NCBI GenBank assembly: GCA_964016885.1
Contig: OZ024741.1
Span: 116,126,001 to 116,190,000 of the forward strand
Source of the DNA: Eledone cirrhosa
Taxonomy: Eukaryota
Direction of reading: 5' to 3'
Length of the DNA: 64,000 nucleotides
Shown here: piece by piece, positions 56,123-64,000 of the stretch
How the letters are laid out: each line of letters begins with the position of its first letter
Numbering within the stretch: the first letter of the stretch is position 1
Program-made: the position numbers and the translations under genes
The notes under the pieces: generated by a model
Seen by the model: the letters and a program-made list of their open reading frames with translations, nothing else
The model's database searches: none
Told to the model about the DNA's origin: nothing

Positions 56123-59100
56123 TAAAAACTTATATAGTATGGATTACATATACATATATACATATAAAAACTTATATAGTATGGATTATAAAACCTATCG
56201 AGGCTTCATTTATAATGAACTACATAGGAACTACAAAAAAACAACGCAGAGTAATTTAGATAATATTAATCTGGAGGGGTATAACATAGTGGCAAAACTA
56301 GGTCTGGATAAACACACTCAGCCTTATTACCCCAAGCAGCCTAGATTCACCCTCAAGGACCACAAGGAAGATTTTATTAGCAGACCCTCAGTTAGGCTTA
56401 TCTGCCCCTCCAAGTCTGACCTGGGGATTATTAGTAAGGGAATCTTGGATAGCGTTATTCCCCTGGTTAGAGAAAAAACTTTCCTTGAGCTTTGGGGTAA
56501 CACTAGTGAGGTCATTACGTGGTTCTCTACGGATTGTGGTCGTGACTCACTCAAATTCATCCAATTTGATATTGATGCTTATTATACATCTATATCTCCT
56601 ATTATCCTCAATAAGGCCCTCATCCTAGCCATGCAGAGGGGTGCAATTACAAGGCCACAGATAGATATTGTTCTCGCTGCACGTAAAACCATTATCATGT
56701 TTGAGGATAATCTATGGACGAGAAAAAACACACCTGATAATTTTGACATTACTATGGGGTCGAGTGACTCTGCTCAAGTCACCGACTTAGTTGGGCTATA
56801 CCTCCTCAATGAACTGCATAGTAACTTCCCTTTCCTTAGGGGCGGGTTGTACCGGGATGACGCCCTACTCTCCATAGATACTAGTAAGTATAATATAGTG
56901 CGCATTAGGAAAAAGCTGCATAGTTTTTTAAAACATTTAACCTATCCATTACTATGGATATAAATGATAGAACTGTGAACTTCCTGGATGTTACATTGGA
57001 CTTGGATAACCATACGTACACACCGTACCATAAGCCTAATGAATTGCTGACTTACGTGAATACCAACTCTAACCACCCTAGGTCGGTCATCAGCGGTATA
57101 CTGAAGGGCGTATCTAACAGAATAAGTTCACTCTCACATAGTGAGGAGGCGTTTGACTCGCAGGCTGATTACTATAATGATGCCTTAGCTAGATCCGGCT
57201 TTAGGGACAAATTGTATTACACCCAGGGAAATAATAGTCCTAATAGTAGCTCTACCAGTGTTGTTATAACACATAATATGTCCATTGGTAATGGAGGTGT
57301 CGCGAATGGGAGGGTTCTAAATGCCGGTGGAATGAAGCAGCAGGGCACCATTAGTCTAAGTAATAGCAATGGTAGGCCTCGCAGCTCCCCGCATAGACTA
57401 GGTGAGCATAGGAACCGTAGAAATAATAATGCTAATAATACTGATGGAAATAGAAAGAATAAAAAGAATAGAAGAAGATTGAATACATACTTCAACCCCT
57501 CTTTTAATTCTGAAGTGGCTATAAATATTCCTAGGGCCTTCTTCTCTGTGTTAGAAAGGAACTTCCCTCCTGGTAATAGGTACCACTCTATCCTCAATAA
57601 GAATGTTGTTAAACTTTCGTATTCTACAACCCAAAATCTGGCCTCTCATCTGGCCATTACTAATAATAAGAAAATAAAGGAAGGCCTGGACAACCTAAGC
57701 CTAGGGGAAAACACGGTAGTGGACAGAGTGGGCAGAAACACAAGTGGTGATCATTCTGAGAATAGCATCACCAGAGGTTGTAACTGTAGAAGGGCTTCAG
57801 GCTGCCCCCTGAATGGTTTCTGCCTTGTTAGAAACATAGTTTATGCGTGTGATGTAGTAACTACGGCGTCCACTAAGACCTATATAGGATCTACCTCCAC
57901 CCCCTTTAAGACCAGGTTTAACTCTCACCAATGCACTTTTAGACATAATAAACTGAGGAACTCCACCTCCTTGGCAGCGTACGTCCATAATTTAAAAAAT
58001 GCACGAACACATTACACACTTACTTGGCGGCAGGTTGCTAAATCCCATCCATATACTCCTCATAATAGAGTATGTAACCTATGCCTTGCCGAATCCCACT
58101 CTATTATATTTGCTAAATGCCCTCTACGAAATAGAAAGTCTGAAATATTTTCCTCTTGCCCCCACCGAATATTAAGCTCTTTCTTCTACTTTAAACCTGT
58201 TAGCTAGCACTTCCTTATTCCTCCAGTTGGGCTGTCTTGTGTAACTGTCTCTGATTGTGTGTAACTGTCTCCTATTGTTGGTCGTCTATGTATATGAGTC
58301 GGTGAATGTATACGTATGCCTGTGGGAGGATATTGATCTGGATATTGGGGTGTACAGGTGAGTGGGTGTGTATGTTAATAAGCACCCCTGTTTGGCACAG
58401 CGGATGTAACCCATCCACGCTCGCCTACCCACCATTGGTGCATTGGTGGGTCTATCCTGACGTATATCTTGTGGATCTGTACCTCTGTATGCGCATGAGT
58501 TGTGATGTAATGTATTTATGTAAAGCGTGTACTGCGATTTAGGCTGCACTAATAGAAATTTAGCCTGTAACTGTGGGCGGACCTGTGCCATCCCGCCGTA
58601 AGCAGTGGTTACGTGGCGCATGTACGTGTTGCCCTCATATTCTGTGGTTTAAGATCTACAGGCTGACTTCTGGGAGCTCTTGCCCGGGGTTGTAGTCTTT
58701 CTAGCACGATTGGCCTTCCATATATTGACGGTCGTTGTTATGATCCCGAAAGTAACGTTTTGGCCCCGATAGCCCTCCGTAGTTACTAACGGTCTGTGTA
58801 CACTTGAATCGGGCAATGGCACGTGCGGACACGATTATCTCCGTAGGATTTCAACTTTATTTTACTACATCTCATCGTATGTATTTATTTTGAATGTATT
58901 ATCCGTGGTGGTGGGTCTGGCCTAATGTGGTATTTCGGTGTTTAATATCAGCTTTGACCCGGGTGTCCTACGCTGTGTGTGTGTGCGTGTGTGTCCGTGT
59001 ATACATTTATATGTGTATGGGTATAGGTGGTTGTATATGTCTGTATATAAAAAAATATATATATATATATATATATGTATACCGTCTCTGCATATGCACG

Positions 59101-60568
59101 TGGTGTGTATATGTGCATATACGTGCTGAACATATTGATGTGTACAATCTTGTGATGTCCCAATGCGGTGACTTCATGGCTCTTGAAGCTATTTTTTATA
59201 TATCTTCTGTCTTTTTATATATCTTTTGTATGCGCTCCAACTGTGTCTGCTTGCTTTGGCTAACCCGCCTGCACTTCGCTTGCTAATGCACGTGAATTCT
59301 CCTACCTTCCTTCGATGCACCTCTCTCTGACCATTGGACTCCTGCCCGGGTGTGAACCAGTTTGTGATTACCCCACCGCTCAACTGTGTGAATGCACACC
59401 CGCGACTTTCGAGTGAACTTTTGAGACTGCCCAACCTGGGACGCCTCCATTGCCTTGCAATGGTCAAGTGATACTGGTGACTGTGACACTTAGTGCCTTC
59501 GTGGGCCCCTGATATTTTCAAGAAATATATTTTTAAAAAATGGTCAAGTGATACACATAACTGTGACACTTAGTGCCTTCGTGGGCCCCTGATATATTCA
59601 GGAGATATATTCTAAAAAAATATATATCTTATCTCAATTTACTTTATTTCATTTTATTTTATTTTATTTCATTTCATGTTATCTAATTTTATTTATTTAC
59701 TTATTTAATTCCATTTATTTATTTATTTATTTATTTATTTAAATTTAATTTTAATTTTATTTATTTATTTAATTTTATTTATTTATTTATTCATTTATTT
59801 TATTTAATTACATTTAATTATATCTTATATTATATTATTTTAATTTAGTCTATTTTATTTTATTTTAGTTTACCTTATTTTATCTTATTTTATCTTATTT
59901 TATGATTATATTATATTATGTTCTATTTTATATAATTTTAATTTTAATTTTATATTATTTTATCTCATTCCTTACCCTGTATCACTATTATCTGTATATT
60001 TTATATTTTATATGTAAGTTTGTTATGTATTTCTTTATATTTTCTTATATATATTATAAGTCTGTTTTTCACCTATTTTTTACCTACTCTTACCTAATCC
60101 TATCTATCTTATCTACTCTTGTCTGTTCTCTTATCCATGTGTATGCTTGTATGTAACTATATGTTGACAGCACCCCGCCCAACTGTGACTGATAGCACCC
60201 CTTATTTTTCATTGTTTATTTTATTATCTTATTTTTATTTTTATTTTTATTTTTATTTTTATTTTTATTTTTATTCCTATTTTTATTTTTACTTTTACTT
60301 CCTTAATATCCTTTATCGTCTATTATTATTTTTCATTCTTCAATGTCTTGGATTTGTTATTGCTTGTATGGTATGTAATTAACCTTTATGCTCTGATGAG
60401 TCCCACTTATAGTGCGGATGAAACAATGTTAGCAAGTAAAGATATGCATATGCTATAGGCGTTCTTTGTTATTTATTATATCACGGCTCTGTCCTCAGAC
60501 ATTGAGCTAACCTTATACTGCCTGCTGGATAAGTGGAGTGTTATACACCCCTGATCCTCTCCCTAGTA

Positions 60569-60571
<3 letters not shown>
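56123..60571 (+). mobile_element. Penelope-like retroelement (RT plus GIY-YIG), 5'-truncated, one frameshift near 56930-56960, with a long 3' region ending in a hammerhead
   Basis: RT motifs [35 protein letters not shown]. Linker CNCRRASGCPLNGFC. Endonuclease IVY...TYIGST...FKTRFNSH. Bounded by TA microsatellites. Confidence 0.92.
60389..60434 (+). ncRNA. Type I hammerhead motif, family E, at the 3' end of the PLE
   Basis: TGCT-CTGATGA-GTCCCACTTATAGTGCGGAT-GAAA-CAATG-TT-AGCA. Stem I can be extended by CTTTA/TAAAG. Confidence 0.75.
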
Positions 60572-60621
<50 letters not shown>

Positions 60622-60800
60622 CATACATATATATATATATATACATACATATATATATATATATACATACATATATATATATATATACATACATATATAT
60701 ATATACATACATATATATATATATATACATACATATATATATATACATATATATATATACATACATATATATATATACATACATATATATATATACATAC

Positions 60801-60831
<31 letters not shown>

Positions 60832-61520
60832 CATACATATATATATATACATACATATATATATATACATACATATATATATATACATACATATATATAT
60901 ACATACATATATATATATACATACATATATATATACATACATATATATATATACATACATATATATATACATACATATATATATATACATATATACATAT
61001 ATATATATACATATATATATATACATACATATATATATATACATACATATATATATATACATATATATATATACATACATACATATATATATATATACAT
61101 ACATATATATATATACATACATATATATATATATACATACATATATATATATATACATATATATATATACATACATATATATATATATACATACATATAT
61201 ATATATACATACATATATATATATATACATACATATATATATATACATATATATATATATACATACATACATATATATATATACATATATATATATATAC
61301 ATACATATATATATATATATACATACATACATATATATATATACATACATATATATATACATACATATATATATATACATACATACATATATATATATAC
61401 ATACATATATATATATACATACATACATATATATATATACATTTATATATATATACATTTATATATATATACATACATATATATATATATATATATACAT
61501 ATATATACATATATATATAC

Positions 61521-61591
<71 letters not shown>

Positions 61592-61603
61592 CATATATAT
61601 ACA

Positions 61604-61683
<80 letters not shown>

Positions 61684-61800
61684 CATATATATATACATAT
61701 ATATATATATACATATATATATATACACATACATACATATATACATATATATATATATACATACATACATACACATACATACATACACACACATATATAT
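60572..61800. repeat. (TA)n/(TACA)n microsatellite
   Basis: Directly visible. Confidence 0.95.
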
Positions 61801-63553
61801 AAATACTCTGGAGGGTCATATCAGTTAAGAATGAAACAAAATAGGTAACATGGTAATGAAGATGATTGTGTGTGAGAGGAGGAGTGAATCAGTATGTGAT
61901 ATAGTGTTTGTGTGTCTCTGAGTGTCTGTATGTATGTGTGAAGATACTGATATCTGTAACTTCTTCTTCCTTCTAACTGTTAATCTGCAGAGCGAGGTAT
62001 TTTCACAACCTTTACCATTCACCGCCCACTGTTAATAACTCCCTGGTGTCCAACCTGTTGAAGACAGATATATTCAGCAACTATTTCTTTCTTCATTTCA
62101 TTCTGAATCACAACAGGAATCACCACTACCCATCAGTTAAATAGCAATTATCTCTTTAATTGTGAAGGCAATAGCTTAGTGGTTAAAGAGTTGGATTCAT
62201 AATTGTGAGGTTGTGAGTTCGATTCCTAGACCAGGCGATGCATTATGCATGTCCTTGAGCAAGACAATTTATTTCACATTACTGCTTCTGCCAGGAGCTC
62301 TGACCAGTAGGTACTATCAGCAATTGGAAAGACCAAAGGAAACATTGTTTCCTTGATCCAATTTGATGAGTTCCCCCCTACTCGGTAAACGAATGAGGTC
62401 TGGAATCTTGTCGATTCAGATCATAATCTCTTTAATAGTATTTATGTTTGTGTTACAAAGTTGGAAACAACCTCCGACAGTTTCAACAATGAGTGTCCAT
62501 TCCAGTTGTTTCATCAACGGATCAGCCTGTTCATGAACTTTACATGTAAGTGGCTGAGCATTCCAGAAACGTGTACCCTTAACGTAATTCTCAGGGAGAT
62601 ACAGCATTACACACTGTGTGACAAGTTTAGCCCTTTGAATTACAGGTACAGTCCATTCTAAAGGAATCCAAACAGTCACTGCCTACCAAATTTCACTTAC
62701 ATGGCATGGTTCAACATCAAGGTTATGGTAAGTGACACTTTCCCAAGATGTCACACAGGACCTAATGATTGCAAAGTGAACTTCTTAATGATTTGGCCAT
62801 GCTGCATCCATGTGCACATGCTTATATAATATACATTCACTCTAAAATCCTTCGATAACTCCACTAATGCACTCTAGTAGTTACTCTCTCTCTACCACTT
62901 ATGCATCCTCCACACACAACCACCCCTTACCTATCTCTCCATCACTTCCCCTCCTCATTACTATCAACCACATCCCCTACACTACTACATCCCCTCTCCC
63001 ATACACTATCAGCCACCCATTCCCCTTACACATCACCCTGCCAAGTCACCACATACACCTATAACTTCATACCTATCTCCCTCCTTCCCAGAACAGAGAC
63101 AGCTTTTCAGTTGGGACTAAGACCAACAACCTCGCCAGTGACGGTACCACGAAAATGCACCTGGTACATTCCATAAGGTGGTTGGCAGCAAAAAGCACAC
63201 CCTTCTGTAGAAACCATGCCTAAAAGGGTTGAGAGGATCCTTCAGATGTGTCAATAACATAACAACCTCTCTAGAGTTGGTGATCTACATGATAAATATG
63301 CCCAGTACACATTGTAAAATGTAAGGATGAAAGGCAAAGCTAACCTCGGTGGGATTTAAACTATAGAAGCAGTAATAATGGCTTCTGACTTAGGCAAAAG
63401 CCCAACAATTTTGGAGGATGGGAAAGTTGATTAAATCGACTCCAGTGTGTTACTGGTACTTTATTTTATTGACCTCATAAGGATGAAAGGCAAAGCTAAC
63501 CTCAGTAGGATTTGAACTATAGAAGCAATAATAACAAAGAGAAAAAAACCAAC

Positions 63554-63635
63554 CATTAAATATCACAGCAAACTGTTTTGCCAAGCCCTGTTGATCCAGC
63601 CATCGAACTACATCAGCTGTGCTCCATTTCTTTAA
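63554..63635 (-). CDS. Host gene exon (first visible): N-terminal part of a SAM domain, LKKWSTADVVRWLDQQGLAKQFAVIFN(E)
   Basis: Acceptor tgtattctttcag, donor G|gttggt, 82 nt, phase 0 to 1. The W-x4-V-x2-WL pattern is typical of SAM helix 1. Splices in frame to 38685. Confidence 0.85.
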
Positions 63636-64000
63636 CTGAAAGAATACAAAACATTTATCAAAGATTTATTTATTTAAAGTGTGGGTACACAGCCTAGTGG
63701 TTAGGGTGCTGAGCACATCTTAATTTTCTTAATTTTATTTTTATTTTCTCTTTGTAAAATTTTTATAATTTTTCTAGCATTGTGGTTCTGAATCATTATC
63801 ATCATCATCATTGTTTAATGTCCATTTTCCACGCTAGCATAGGTTAGACAAGTTGTCCTTTTTGAGGTAAGTCGAGGTCAGATGACTATGTCTTGCTCAT
63901 AAAGAACTAATTCTGGCTTTGTTTCTATAGCTGGATGCCCTTCGAAGGTAATTTTTAAAATGATAAACATTTTTTTTTATTATTTCAAGAATACAAAAAA

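Noticed and set aside
61940-62135. Possible additional host exon
   Set aside because: Stops occur in the frames checked and it is not needed for SAM continuity. It is more likely decayed repeat.

Overview
AT-rich animal genomic DNA dominated by transposons and (TA)n/(CA)n/(ATG)n microsatellites. The repeat content (RTE LINEs with (ATG)n tails, tRNA-derived SINEs, CR1, Penelope) suggests a cephalopod, probably Octopus; this is an inference. A minus-strand host gene runs through most of the window as at least 7 phase-compatible GT-AG exons (63635 to 14942) encoding a SAM domain followed by a PDZ domain. Its introns and the sequence downstream of the last confident exon hold one intact 1022-aa RTE LINE (APE-RT with an embedded PHD finger), three broken RTEs, CR1 copies (one nested in frame in an RTE), a DD37D (maT) and a mariner transposon, MITEs, SINEs and Penelope-like elements (PLEs). 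The most striking signal is a dense set of type I hammerhead-ribozyme motifs from at least 5 unrelated sequence families, plus degenerate ones. They sit mostly in (TA)n tracts and occur as fold-back palindromes or as a 431-bp tandem array that resembles a non-LTR retrozyme, in sense orientation inside the host pre-mRNA. All coordinates and folds were read by eye; no ribozyme activity is demonstrated.
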